Positions 27,967-40,774 of a DNA stretch of 64,000 nucleotides are shown here, one piece after another. The translations under genes and the position numbers were made by a program. Positions within the stretch are counted from its first letter, which is position 1. The number at the start of each line of letters is the position of its first letter. Below the pieces are notes generated by a model. It saw only the letters and a program-made list of their open reading frames with translations, had not been told where the DNA came from and did not search any database. Source of the stretch: Octopus sinensis (Eukaryota); contig NC_043002.1 of NCBI RefSeq assembly GCF_006345805.1, positions 91,078,001-91,142,000 on the forward strand. The letters run 5' to 3'.

Positions 27967-28839
27967 TTTCTTCCTGTCTTCCTTTCTATGCTGTCCTCTC
28001 CTGTTCTACCCCAACCACTAAAAGTTTATATATGCAATATTTTACCATTTCATAAAATTTGTAATCTTAAATTTCACTTTACAGTTTTATCGTGTGTCAT
28101 CATCATCATCATTATCATCATCATCATCATTATCATCATCATCATCATTATCATCGTCGTTGTCATTTAACGTCTGCTTCCCATGCTGGAATGGGTTGGA
28201 CCAGGCTTCAATTTGGTCTGGCATAGTTTCGACAGCTGGATGCCCTTCCTAACGACAACCACTCCAAGAGTGTAGTGGGTGCTTTTTACTTGCTAAGGGC
28301 ACTAGGGCCAGTCAAGCAGTACTGGCATCGACCACGCATGAATAGTGCTTTTTACGTTCCACCAGCATGGAAGCCAGTCAGGCGGCATGGACAATGAACA
28401 TGCTCGAATGGGGCATTTTACATGCCACTGACATGGGATCAGTCAGCCAGCACTGGCATCAACCACACTCCAATGGTGCTTTTTACATGCCACCAGTCAG
28501 GCAGCACTAGCAACGATCATGCTTGAATGGAGCTTTTTACATGCCACTGGCACGGGACCAAACAACAGCAGCAGGCATCACTGGCTGTGTGGTAAGTTGC
28601 TTGCTTCCCAACCACATGGTTCTGGGTTCAGTCCTACTGCATGACACCTTGGGAAAATGTCTTCTACTATAGCATTGGGCCAACCAAAACCTTGTGAGTG
28701 GATTTGGTAGAAAGAAACTGAAAGAAGCCCATCACATATATGTCTATATGTGTGTGTGATGGGCTTCTTTATATATATATACTAGCTGAAGGTGACCCGC
28801 TCTACGCGCGGGTAAGAGTGTGGTTGTTACTTTCTGTTG

Positions 28840-29168
28840 CTTCCTTTCAGCACGTAAAAAGCACCATCCGAACGTGGCGGATTGCAGTGCCGCCTTGACT
28901 GGCTTCTGTGCTGGTGGCACGTAAAAAGCACCAACCGATCGTGGCCGCTGCCAGCCCCCCTGGCACCTGTGCAGGCGGCACGAAAAAAGCACCCACTACG
29001 CTCACAGAGTGGTTGACGTTAGGAAGGGCATCCACCTGTCGAAACACTGCCAGATCAGACTGGAGCCTGGTGCAGCCTCCTGGCTTCCCAGACCCCTGTC
29101 AAACTGTCCAACCCGTGCTAGCACGGAAAACGGACGTTAAACGATGATGATGATGATGATGATGATGA
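28840..29168 (+). mobile_element. S3 element with a (GAT)n tail, nested in the Helitron
   Basis: ggaagggcatccacctgtcgaaac motif; ggacgttaaacgatgatg tail. Confidence 0.75.
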
Positions 29169-29839
29169 TTCTCCCTCTTTGTTTCTTTCTCCTTTCTCTC
29201 TCACTTTCCCACTCTCTTACTCTTCCTTTCTCTCGGACTCTCCCTCGCTTTCTCTTACTCTCTATCTTTATGTATCTCTCTCCCATTTATAAACAACAGA
29301 AGATCTTGAGTAAGTTGAGAAATAAAATATTTAGAAAGATCAATCATAAATATCAGGCAGTTACAAAGGAAAGGTCTGCTTGAAGACAGACAGCAAAACA
29401 CTAACATTTAAAAGGGACAGACGAACTTGCGAGCTGAATAAAAATAATAAAATATTGGAAACCAAAGTTTGAAGGGATAGAATTTGAAGATAGTAGAGTC
29501 ACCATGGCTGGCATTTCTTAACGACGGACAGCAACGTATTGACAGTTCAACGGCTGGCGTAAAAGTTTGAACTTGATGTAAAAGAAAATCCCTAAAAACC
29601 AAGTTTTGACTTGATTCTTTCTCACGACAGTAGACTCACGATGGCAAGCATTGAAAACTTCTTCATCATGGACGGCAACACATTGACGATTAAAAGGCTG
29701 GAGCAAATTTTTTAGCTTGATGTAACAGAGAATTGCTAAACACCCGCTCCTTTAAATTTTAATCCCCTTTTCACCTTTTGGTTAATATAACCCGATTTAA
29801 TTTGGGTCTACTGGGGCCACATTTTATAAGATGAGGACA

Positions 29840-30032
29840 CAACCAAGTTTCCCAAGTTCTGGTCATAGACCATAGAACACTCAACCAAGTTTCCCGAATT
29901 CTGGTCATAGAACATAGAACAGTCAAGCAAGTTTCCCGAGTTCTGGTCATAGACCATAGAACACTCAACCAAGTTTCCCGAGTTCTGGTCATAGACCATA
30001 GAACACTAAACTAAGTTTCCCGAGTTCTGGTC
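29840..30032. repeat. 42-bp minisatellite, about 4.5 units
   Basis: Unit caaccaagtttcccgagttctggtcatagaccatagaacact. Confidence 0.9.
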
Positions 30033-30875
30033 ATTTGCAGAATAAATAGAGACGGCGGAGGTGGCAGACGTCGTTGCAATGTAAACATGATTTGTTATAA
30101 GAGAAAGATTGTCCAGATTGTGTGTTGGTGGTGTTGGTGGTGGCGATGATAATTATCATTAGGAAAAAGAGTGAGTGAGTGAGGAAGACATACATAAGTT
30201 GTGGCGATGATAATTGTAGACCCCTTTTCACATTTTGATGAAGAGAACCCGATTTCATTCGGGTGTACTGGGGCTACATATAGGTGTGTGTGTGTGTGTG
30301 TGTGTGGTGTGTGTGTGTGTGCACGCTGTAGAAATTAAATTAGAGATAAAACCACTAATAGGGAAATGAAACAGTAAAAAACCAAAAACAAAAACATAAA
30401 AATAAAAATATAATATTAGATATATGAATATGTGTGTGTGTGTGTGTGTGTGTGTGTTGACAGGTAGTCAATAGAATGCGATGGCGATGGGGATGGCGAG
30501 TAATATTTGTTACTGTCCATGAACGCTGAGAGATACATGAGTAAAATGTATAGGAAGGTAAGAAATAAGAGTGAGTGAAAATGTTCTTGGAAGAGAGTAA
30601 AGAGCGACAGAGTGATTTGAGGAAGACTTTACATTAAATAACGGTAGTTGCATTGTCAAATGAAGAGGAGTGACAGAGTACTGGAGGAAATAGGGTGAGG
30701 TAGGAAGATGGCCCCTAGCAACCACACCTTTTAAGATAGGGATTTGTAAGGTAGCCCACGCGCATCGTCACCTCATTCTACATGTCCGTGTAAATTTTGG
30801 AGCGAATGGGACGGGATGTAGTGGCATTGAAAGCGAACCAAGCGGTAAAAACGCATTTCAGTTTTATATATAGAG

Positions 30876-30934
<59 letters not shown>

Positions 30935-31180
30935 CATGTATTTATGTGTGTTTGTGTCTTTGTATCTGTGTTTGTCCCACCCACCATTGCTTGACAACTG
31001 ATGTTGGTGGGTTTATATCCCTGTAACTTAGCAGTTTGGTGAAAGAGACTGATAGAATAAGTACTAGGCTTACAAAGAATGAGTCCTGGGGTTGATTTCA
31101 TTGGCTAAAACCCTTTAACGAGGTGCTACAGAATGGCTGCAGTCAAATCATTGAAACATGTAAGAGAATATATATATATA

Positions 31181-32657
31181 TAGGGGTTGGACAAAATAAT
31201 GGCAACACCTTAAAATTTCAAACAAATTTATTTTAACATGGGGTAGGACTGCCTTTGGCAGTAATTACAGCTTGAATTCTATGAGGTATTGACTTACACA
31301 AAGTTTGAATTGCTTTCAAAGGAATTTTTGTCCATTCTTCAGCTAAAACAGTCTCCAGTTCTTGTAGTGATGATGATGGAGGATATCAACTCCTTACTTG
31401 CTTTTCTAAAATGCATCATAAATGTTCAATAATATTGAGATCTGGAGACTGATGGCCAGATAAGATGTTCAACTTCACTAGAATGTTCCTAGTGCCATTC
31501 AATAACAACTTTAGCTGTATGAATTGGTGCATTATCATCCTGAAAGACTGCGTTCCCCTACGGAAAAAGTTCTGCAGCCATAGGATGAATTTGATCAGAT
31601 AAAATGCTTAAATAGTCTTGAATATTAATTCTGCCATGAAGGGAAACCATTGGGCCGGAGGATTTCCAAGATATAGCCCCCCCCCCACCCAGATCATCAC
31701 AGATCCTCCTCCGGGTTTAACAGTTGGATGATGGCAGTCTGGGTTAAATGCTTCTTTTGGCTGTCTCCGCACATATACTCGGCCAGTAGTTGGAAATAAG
31801 GTAAAGGATGACTCGTCCGAGAAAATAACATTCTTCCACTGCTCTAGGGACCAGTTCCGTAGGTTTTTACTCCACTCTAAATGCTTTGTAACATTTGTTT
31901 TTGAAAGTAGTGGCTTTCTGATTGCAGCCCTCCCGTGAAATCTGGCTTTGTGCAGCTCCTGGCAAACAGTTTTTGTGGAAACTGGGTTCTCAAGGTGGTC
32001 ATTTAGCTCTGCAGTAATTTTGGGAGCTTTACTTTGGTGATCTTTTCTGACAATTTGCATATGAGTCTGACGGACCCTATCTGAAAGTTTTGATTTTCTT
32101 CCGGAGTTTTGTTTTGATGAGGAGATTTTTTCCCTCTTTCTCAAAGGCTGTCATTACTTTCAAGACAGTACTTTGTTGATACACCAAACATTTCAGCTGT
32201 TTTCATTACGCTAGCACCTGCCATATGAGCACCAGCAATTTGACCTCTTTGAAAGTCTGATAGATGTCATTTTAATGAATTTTTAATTACCTTTTTCTGA
32301 TGATATTTGAAAAAGAAACAGCAATTTTAGCAAAACATATTGAGCAACATCATCATCATCATCATCATCATTTAGCGTCCGCTTTCCATGCTAGCATGGG
32401 TTGGACGGTTCAACTGGGGTCTGTGAAGCTGGAAGGCTTCGTCAGGCCCAGTCAGATCTGGCAATGTTTCTATGGCTGGATGCCCTTCCTAACGCCAACC
32501 ACTCCATGAGTGTAGTGGGTGCCTTTTACGTGCCACCTGCACTAATAATAAATAAATAAAAAAACATGAAAATAAACAAGCTTTTGATGGTTTTATAGAT
32601 ATTTCAAAATTATGATGCTATGATGCTAGGTGTTTCCAATATTTTGTCCAACCCTTG
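31181..32657 (-). mobile_element. Tc1-family DNA transposon with both TIRs; transposase pseudogene at about 31228-32270; S3 insert at 32348-32545
   Basis: TA-flanked TIRs (A/G)GGGTTGGACAAAATA(A/T)TGG(C/A)AACACCT. Motifs GRKSKLS, IRKPLL, VIFSDES, TVKPGGGSVMIW, FQDDNAPIH, WPS; frameshifts and stops present. Confidence 0.92.
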
Positions 32658-32805
32658 TATATCAATGTACATGCCACCACTCTCGGAGCCAATAAAAGTT
32701 AACCAATAATGTATTCTTAAAGGGTGGAGTTTCATTCATCTTTCGTCACATAAAATAGTGTTCTGAGGGAAAATTCACTTCTAACCTGTCATGTTTTATT
32801 TACAG

Positions 32806-32958
32806 CAACCAATCAGCAACTTTGATTTCAAATCCGTCGTAACATTTGGTGGATGGAAAGATGATTTCATGCTTGTTGTTAACCAATTGATTGAGTCAGC
32901 TCCCCATCACTATGAACATAGGACAGAGAAAATGTTGTTTGTACTGCCAAAACCCAAG
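32806..32958 (+). CDS. PLEKHH1/2: Penultimate coding exon of a PH-MyTH4-FERM protein (FERM F3 lobe)
   Basis: Branch point CTAAC (32781) and ttttatttacAG acceptor, GTATGG donor at 32959. Phase-0, 153 nt: QPISNFDFKSVVTFGGWKDDFMLVVNQLIESAPHHYEHRTEKMLFVLPKPK, which matches the remembered PLEKHH2 C-terminus (YKSLMTFGGYQDDFMVVI...TEKLLFAMAKPK). Confidence 0.9.
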
Positions 32959-33324
32959 GTATGGTCTTTTATTTTTCTTGTCTGATTATTTTCATCATAT
33001 ATACAAAAGCCTTTTTCAAAGACATGTACATTCACTCCTTATAGACATTCACATAAACATACATTCATTCATATATGCATGCAAGCTTATATTTGGTATA
33101 TATATATATCATCATCATCATCATCATCATTATTTAGTGTCTAACACAGGTTAGACAATTTGATAAGTACTGGTAAACTGGAGAGTTGCACCAGGCTCCA
33201 GTCAGTTTTGGGTTTTTTTCTATGGTTGGATTCCCTTACTAACACCAACCACTCCACTGAGTGTACTGGGTACCAGGAGCCTGCTACATGTCACTGGCAC
33301 AAGTGGCTTTTATGTGTCAGAGGC

Positions 33325-33355
<31 letters not shown>

Positions 33356-33363
33356 CTAGTGAC

Positions 33364-33394
<31 letters not shown>

Positions 33395-33655
33395 CTCAAA
33401 ATAAGCAACAAGAATGACTCCGGTAATTTGGTACATCATTTTATTAATGTTGTAAGTATTACAACAGTTTTAAAATGCTGAGCACTCATCAGCCAATTAT
33501 AGAGGTTTTCCATTAATACAAAAATTTTCATATCAAGTGGCAACATTCTAGAGAAGGTAGATATATAGACAAAGATGTGGGTTTAAATTTTAAGAACATT
33601 TGAGGTAGTGGAGCCCATCAACTGACATATTTAGATAAATATATACACATATATA

Positions 33656-33696
<41 letters not shown>

Positions 33697-33785
33697 ATTA
33701 TTATTAATTCCTATAAGATTTTTATTCCCATGCTGTCCACTTGATATGATCAGTATTTTAAATAATAATCTTATCCTTATTTATA

Positions 33786-33819
<34 letters not shown>

Positions 33820-33822
33820 GAT

Positions 33823-33909
<87 letters not shown>

Positions 33910-34189
33910 TGTGTGTGTGTATATATATATAGATATAGATATACATATATATGTGTGTGTGTGTGTGATGGATTTCTTTTCAGCTTTTTTTTGTTTTTGT
34001 TTTTGTATCAAATCCACTGAAAAGGCTTTGCTTGTCTTGGGGTCAAAATAGAAGCCAGTAGCCCAAGCTGTTATTTAATGGGACTGAACTCAAAACCACT
34101 GGGCAGTGAGCTTCTCAACCATGCAGCCTTGCCTGCACCTATTTCCACTTATGATATTTGTAAAATATCTAAAATTATTTGTTTCGCCT

Positions 34190-34430
34190 TTTTCATATCA
34201 TGTCAAACAATTTGACATGATATGAAAATTGTAATCTGGTCTCAGACCTCCACAAATATCAAATATTTGTGCTGCATCTGAGATGCAGCACAAAGTTTTG
34301 TCAGCGAACAGGTCGCGGTCTCAAAGCGACGAAAATATTTTGACAAATTAAATTTAAATGTTGAAGTGAATCTAACGGTTTTGTGTGTTTCTTAAATGAC
34401 TTATAAACATCTCCCATGCTGTAATTGTTG
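34190..34430 (+). mobile_element. PLE-type terminal module with stacked snap-back hairpins and a variant HHR (34297-34347)
   Basis: Homologous to 54736-55005; perfect 18-bp hairpin (34190-34228) and 14-bp hairpin (34266-34294). Confidence 0.65.
34297..34347 (+). ncRNA. Minimal type I HHR-like motif with G3-C8 swap and U4C
   Basis: UUUGUCA-GCGAACA-G-GUCGC-GGUCUCAAA-GCGAC-GAA-AAUAUU-U-UGACAAA. Confidence 0.55.
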
Positions 34431-34874
34431 TAAATAAATAAATAAATAGATAAAATGTCAAAATGCAGTGATTTTTTTGTTTATGATGAAAATGATAGTG
34501 CTAATAATAATATTATAGATAATGATGATATTTTCTACTTTGGATATAAGGTCAACAATTTCAAAGGGATGTGGTGTTGATTAAATTGATTAAGTTGATT
34601 AAAGTACATGAAATACTTTTTTTATCAATTCCAAGGGGATGAAAGACAAAGTTGACCTCAAGGTCATTATAAGTCATTTAAGAAACACACCTTAGGGGGA
34701 TTCTGAAGATGTGTTAACTAGGTAATGTGTAAGGTCTTATGTCTAACATTCTGACAAGTCTACTAATCCATCAACCTGATGGTGATGATGATGAGGTTGA
34801 AGATGTTGATGAGGGTGGTGTCGGTGGTGGTGGTGATATTTTGATGTCTAAAACTGATTTCCTTTTACTTTCAG

Positions 34875-34958
34875 ATCCTTGAATTAAGTCTACTAATTGC
34901 TAGTTACATCAACAGTCGTCTACAACACCCATCTCCAGACAGTGCTGACGATATATAA
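34875..34958 (+). CDS. PLEKHH1/2: Terminal coding exon of the PH-MyTH4-FERM protein
   Basis: ccttttactttcAG acceptor. Phase-0: ILELSLLIASYINSRLQHPSPDSADDI*, continuing KPK|ILEITLLIASYIN of PLEKHH2. Stop TAA at 34956-34958. Confidence 0.88.
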   Translation: MLELSLLIASYINSRLQHPSPDSADDI

Positions 34959-35716
34959 CCAACCATCTAGCTCTTTCTCTTCCTGTGTAATAAAATTCAT
35001 CACTTGCCCTTCGATTCCTGAAGCTTCCGATATTTTATCCAATTCACGAAACAATAAAAAAAAAAAAAATTTTAAAAAACACCATGAAAGAAGTACCTGT
35101 AACTTCCTGCAAAACAGTTCTTCTCCAGTGACAGATTCATTGGTTTGTACCACGACCTATTTAGGGTCATTAAGAGGCCCTTGATGAGATACTTTTACAG
35201 TCCATGACATCCTGGTGGAATCCATTTCTCTCCTAGCAGATACATTCAGCATTTGGTTAATATAAAACGGGTTTCCCCAAGTGTCCACACATCAGCTTGC
35301 AATCCTGGAACAGCGATATAATGGTGGTGAAATAATGAGCACCATTTCCAGCGCCAATCAACCATTTGACATTTAATGTATATAGACAATACATACATCA
35401 AACATACATGCATATATGCATACATATACGCATATATATATGTATGTGTGTGTATACATATATATATATATATACATACACACACACACATATATGTATA
35501 TCCATCTCTTCAGTTTTTGTCATTTTAGTTCATACGTTCCATTGCAGACATTTTTTCTTGGTAGGATCCAAGAAAATAAAAGGAAAAAGAAATAATACCA
35601 AACAAAAAACAGAGACTATTTTTGCTTTGAAAGATTGTCTATTGAAGGACACTCTATTCGTATCAAGTTTTATAATTATATAATCAAGAAATACCATTCT
35701 TTCAGTTTTTCTCTCT

Positions 35717-35717
35717 G

Positions 35718-35787
<70 letters not shown>

Positions 35788-35800
35788 GATCTATCTATCT
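35717..35800. repeat. (CTAT)n microsatellite
   Basis: Directly visible. Confidence 0.9.
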
Positions 35801-36039
35801 GTCTGTCTCTTTACTTTCTCTCTTCCAGTAAGAGACAGAAGGCATCAAACGGAATGAAAACAATATATTCTTATATTGAGATTCTAAATATCAGAGAGCA
35901 ATATCTTTAAAAATAATCTGTGTTCTTCTATGTTTAGCATCCAATTGATGATTAAGGTTTGTTCTGAAGTTTACAGCATAAACATAACAAAAAATAATAG
36001 TAAAAAAAAAAGAAAACCAAATGGAGGATACTGATTAAA

Positions 36040-36438
36040 TATATAGCTATATATATATATATATACACATACACACACACATATATATATGCTTAGATAT
36101 TATATACATATACATAAATATATATACAAAATTTAGGATATATTTGGTACATATATAATGCATACACACACATATACTTATAATGTGTGTGTGGGTGTGG
36201 GTGTGTGTGTGTATTGTGTGTATACAATGTGTGTGTGTGTGTGTGTGTATATTTATACACACATATACATACACTTGATGTGAGCGTAAATGTGCACGTC
36301 TAGACATGATTCACACACACACATATATATATACACACACATATACATATATATGTATACATACATATATGGGTGTATGTATGTATGTATGTATATATAT
36401 ATATTATATATATGTATGTATGTATATATATATGTTTG

Positions 36439-36474
<36 letters not shown>

Positions 36475-37059
36475 GAAATGTATGTATATATATATCAATA
36501 TATACTACATGAGCATGTTAGAAATGAACAGAATTAGCACTCAATACATCGAATAGAGTTTGTGTTTATTTTGAGTTTATTTTGGATCAATATTCAATTC
36601 ACTCCATTGTATCTCAGAGTTAACCACTACTGCCATAGAGCTCTGCACCTGCAGTTGGCTTTTACTTGTGTACAGCACCTTGAGTAACAATGGAAAATAT
36701 CAGCAACTGGTTATGTGTATGGGTTTGCTTATTTAAGATTAGGCTAAGATTATATGCATATATATATATATATATGTATGTATATGATGTGCATATGTGT
36801 GTGTGTGTATATATATATATACATATATATATGTAAATCTATAAATATATATATATGAATCTATAAATATATATATGTATATATACACATGCATACATAT
36901 ATATCTATGTATGTATCACGTATGTATGTGTGCATATATGTATAAATGTGTTAGTATTTATGTATATGAGGGACTATATTAAATATTTATATAAATATAT
37001 GTACATATGTATGTGTATAAATTCATATGCATACATGCACAGACACACACACATGAATG

Positions 37060-37119
<60 letters not shown>

Positions 37120-37294
37120 TATACTTCATAAGTGTGTGTATGTTTATGTATGTGTATAATTTTCTATATATAGTTGTAGATATACATACAGTGACACATG
37201 TAATATAAATACATGTATGTACATTATTTACATGTATTTTAAATCATGTATTATTTGTATTTCATATATATATATATATTATATATATATATAT

Positions 37295-37338
<44 letters not shown>

Positions 37339-37342
37339 ATAT

Positions 37343-37380
<38 letters not shown>

Positions 37381-37575
37381 CATATACATATATGTATATA
37401 TATACATATATATATACATATCACAGGTATATCATTTATACATATGCATCAAATATATATTATATCTCCATATTGATATCTTCTGACATATATATATATA
37501 ATATATATATATATGCATATATGTATGTATATAATGTGTGTATATATATATATATGTATGTATGTATGTATATAT
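36040..37575. repeat. Cluster of interrupted (TA)n/(CA)n/(TG)n microsatellites
   Basis: Directly visible; source of the YI/IY pseudo-ORFs. Confidence 0.85.
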
Positions 37576-37887
37576 ATATATTATATGTATATACTTAATT
37601 TGTACAAGACAAAAGAATGTAGTTTGAAATTACTTACAGCATCTTAATATGTATTTGTGTGATGATTACCTGATGAATATCTAAAAATTATTTCATTTAA
37701 TCCTTTAATCCCTTGTACAAGTCAGTTTATCAGCAGTGTTATGCTAATAAACTATGTATAATATGTGTTTATAGTTGACCCCACACGTTAAAAAAATATA
37801 GGTAATAGATAATTCTTTTACTGCCAAATATATTTTCAAACGTTTTTACAACCATGAACACTTATCAATAATATATGTATTCATCAA

Positions 37888-38110
37888 AGATGGTGAGTTG
37901 GCAGTAATTTTAGGATTGCCAGATAAAATGCCACCAAGCATTTTGTCTGGCAATGTCCATCTTTATGTCTTAAGCTCAAATTCTGCTGAGGTCGACTTTG
38001 CCTTTCATCCTTACGGGGTTGATAAGATAAAATAAGTACCAGTTGATCTCTGGGGGTCTCAATGTAATCAACTTTGTACCCCTCTAAATTGTTGGCCTTG
38101 TGCCAAAATA
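37888..38110 (+). mobile_element. CpG-decayed S2 SINE, tail variant c
   Basis: S2 homology. Confidence 0.7.
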
Positions 38111-38445
38111 AATAATGAATACATACAGTTATCATTATAAGACTTCTAACAAAGTGACTTGTAGGATGGATTTTGAAAAATTAATTTTGTGTAATCATTA
38201 AGTTATTGTTGCTGAAATACATTTTAATGATGACATGCATAAATTCACAGTTCTCTTGTTATATACTATTTATCCCTACTCCATGATCATTATTGCCAGC
38301 AAACCTTTATTATGGGAAAATATGATATAAATATCTGTTCACATGTATATATACATATATATATGTTATATGTATGTGGAGATGCATGTGTGTTTATATA
38401 CTTCCATATACACACATAATTATACATATACACATATTGATGTAA

Positions 38446-38557
<112 letters not shown>

Positions 38558-38559
38558 TA

Positions 38560-38610
<51 letters not shown>

Positions 38611-39149
38611 CATACATATATATATGTATATCAGATAGTCAAATTTGAGACAATATAGGCCTACATTTGAAAAAAACTAAAGGGAAAAAAAAACAATTTT
38701 CAGATGAGCATCAAAATTTTCTTTCTCAAAGAAAAAAAAACATACAAAAATCAGGATAAATATGAAAATCTGTCACTTTTGCAAACTGTAAGGAAAGTTG
38801 CATGTTGAAAATATCACCCTCTCTCTCAGTATATATATATATATATATTATATATATATATAATATATATATATATATAATATATATATATTATATATAT
38901 ATATATATATAGGTAGAAAATTAAGGAGTGCGTGCGTTACATAAATAATATTTTCAGGATTAAATGAAAGGACAAATCCTGAAAATATATATATATGTGT
39001 GTGTGTAGTTATTTGAAAAAGAAAATGAATAGAAATAGCTTTCTAATATATAATACTGTACCACATACTCCTGAGCGCCATACTAATACAATTGTTTGTT
39101 TGTATTCCACCTGCCTTCATCTTTTGTTTATTTTCATAAAGCTTCCCGT

Positions 39150-39180
<31 letters not shown>

Positions 39181-39251
39181 ATGTGTGTGTGTATATCTAC
39201 ATATCTACCTACCTACCAACCAATCTCTCTCTCTCTCTCTCTTTCTTTCTC

Positions 39252-39290
<39 letters not shown>

Positions 39291-39787
39291 ACATATACAC
39301 ACATATATATATATATTTGAAGAAGATATCATAAAAGTTAAGATGAAAGATATATGAAATTATAGAATTGTACTAAATGGTATACTACATTCAAGAATAT
39401 CAGTTGGCTTATATTTTTTCACACTAGTTTTTTTTCATTCCTTATATTCTGTACTTGCTGTCGATTTTTTTCTTTCTTTGCATCATATTCATTCTCTGTC
39501 AGTAACTAAGACAAACAGCTTTCCAAACTAATATTAAGATGTAAGGACCTGAAGCCCTTATGATATTTCTAACTGACCATACAAAACTAGAATATTTTTC
39601 GTTTACATCTTGTTTGTTTTTTCGGTCTTATACTTTTTTTTCAGTTTTGTTTGGGAAAATTTCGTTTATTGTCTGAAAATTACTTAGTCTTTAAGCATGA
39701 ATCCTGAAGTAATAGTATATTATCTTTATTGGACTATATCATATACATACATACATACATACATACATACATACATACATACATACA

Positions 39788-39818
<31 letters not shown>

Positions 39819-39919
39819 CACTCCCATTCTTCACATGTATTGAGTAACCTATTTCTGCTCATATAAACACCTATTACTTTACACACACACACATTCATGT
39901 GTGCATGCACACATCTATA

Positions 39920-40099
39920 TTTAGGAAGTTAAAAGTTATGGCCAGTCGTAGAGTGACCATTGATTTTGCACCTTTAAAGCACTCAGCAGTATAGGCCTTC
40001 GGCCATTTGATCCTGATGAGTGACCTATACTGTTAGGTGCTTTATAGGCACAAAACCAATGGTCACTCTATGATCACCCATAACTTTTAACTTCCTAAA
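39920..40099. repeat. 180-bp imperfect palindrome containing a decayed HHR (40013-40064, +)
   Basis: Arms tttaggaagttaaaagttatgg / ccataacttttaacttcctaaa; CUGAUGA-GUG-A-CCUAUA...UAUAGG-CAC-AAAAC-CAAU-GGUC. Confidence 0.7.
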
Positions 40100-40167
40100 C
40101 AAATATATTATTGCTCTATTGCTTTAGAGTTTGCTTCTTTTTCAGATATATGAACAACAGACCCTAT

Positions 40168-40206
<39 letters not shown>

Positions 40207-40774
40207 CACACATATATATGTGTGTGTTTGTATACACACACACTTGAAAGCATTTTCTTTTGTATCATAACATGAAAAAAAATATCATGTAAGAAGGAGA
40301 TATAATTTGGAAACTTAACACCCCTTTTGTTATGGGAATTGTAAAAGTGCCATAGACATGACAAACAAATGAGAATAGTATGCATATATCGGTCTGGTTT
40401 ATTGGTTTAAAAGGATGGTTATTGTTCTTTTTTTAACCTTATCCAAATTAAAGATTATCGCCAACTATCAGCGAGCGATATTTTGCTTTTTATGATAAGG
40501 TCATAAAATTAAAAGATCTTATACAAAAACTACTTGATTGTTCTGTTATATCACTATGTTGTCTATTTTTTGTTGTTTTTTTTTCATATTCTATACCATG
40601 TGACATATTCCCTCAGTTTTCTTTTTTATGTTTGATTATACTCATCATTGTGTCATTCAAATATTTCATATTTCATTTGTCCATGATTTTACTTTTTACT
40701 CTTTTGTAACCCAGTAATTTGAACTATCTATCTATCTTTCTATCTATCTACCTACCTACCTACCTATCTTTGAC

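Larger units (their letters stand above)
28782..30876 (-). mobile_element. About 2.1-kb non-autonomous Helitron with a nested S3 element and an internal minisatellite
   Basis: Minus strand A|TCTCTATATATAAAA start (30876); acccgc/gcgggt hairpin (28795-28813) then CTAG|T end (28782). Confidence 0.7.
28580..31168 (+). mobile_element. S1 SINE split by a Helitron inserted in its central microsatellite
   Basis: 5' half at 28580-28740, 3' half at 30930-31168. Confidence 0.7.

Noticed and set aside
29808-30032. Regular 42-bp repeats suggestive of a CRISPR array
   Set aside because: Head-to-tail minisatellite without unique spacers, in a eukaryotic Helitron.
35053-35069. AATAAA followed by an A-run as the PLEKHH polyadenylation site
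   Set aside because: It overlaps a genomic A tract (an internal-priming risk) and cannot be distinguished from other AATAAA sites without 3'-end data.
34920-35153. Minus-strand 77-aa ORF that looks protein-like
   Set aside because: It is antisense to the PLEKHH terminal exon and UTR and crosses a poly-T run; the plus-strand exon explains the sequence.
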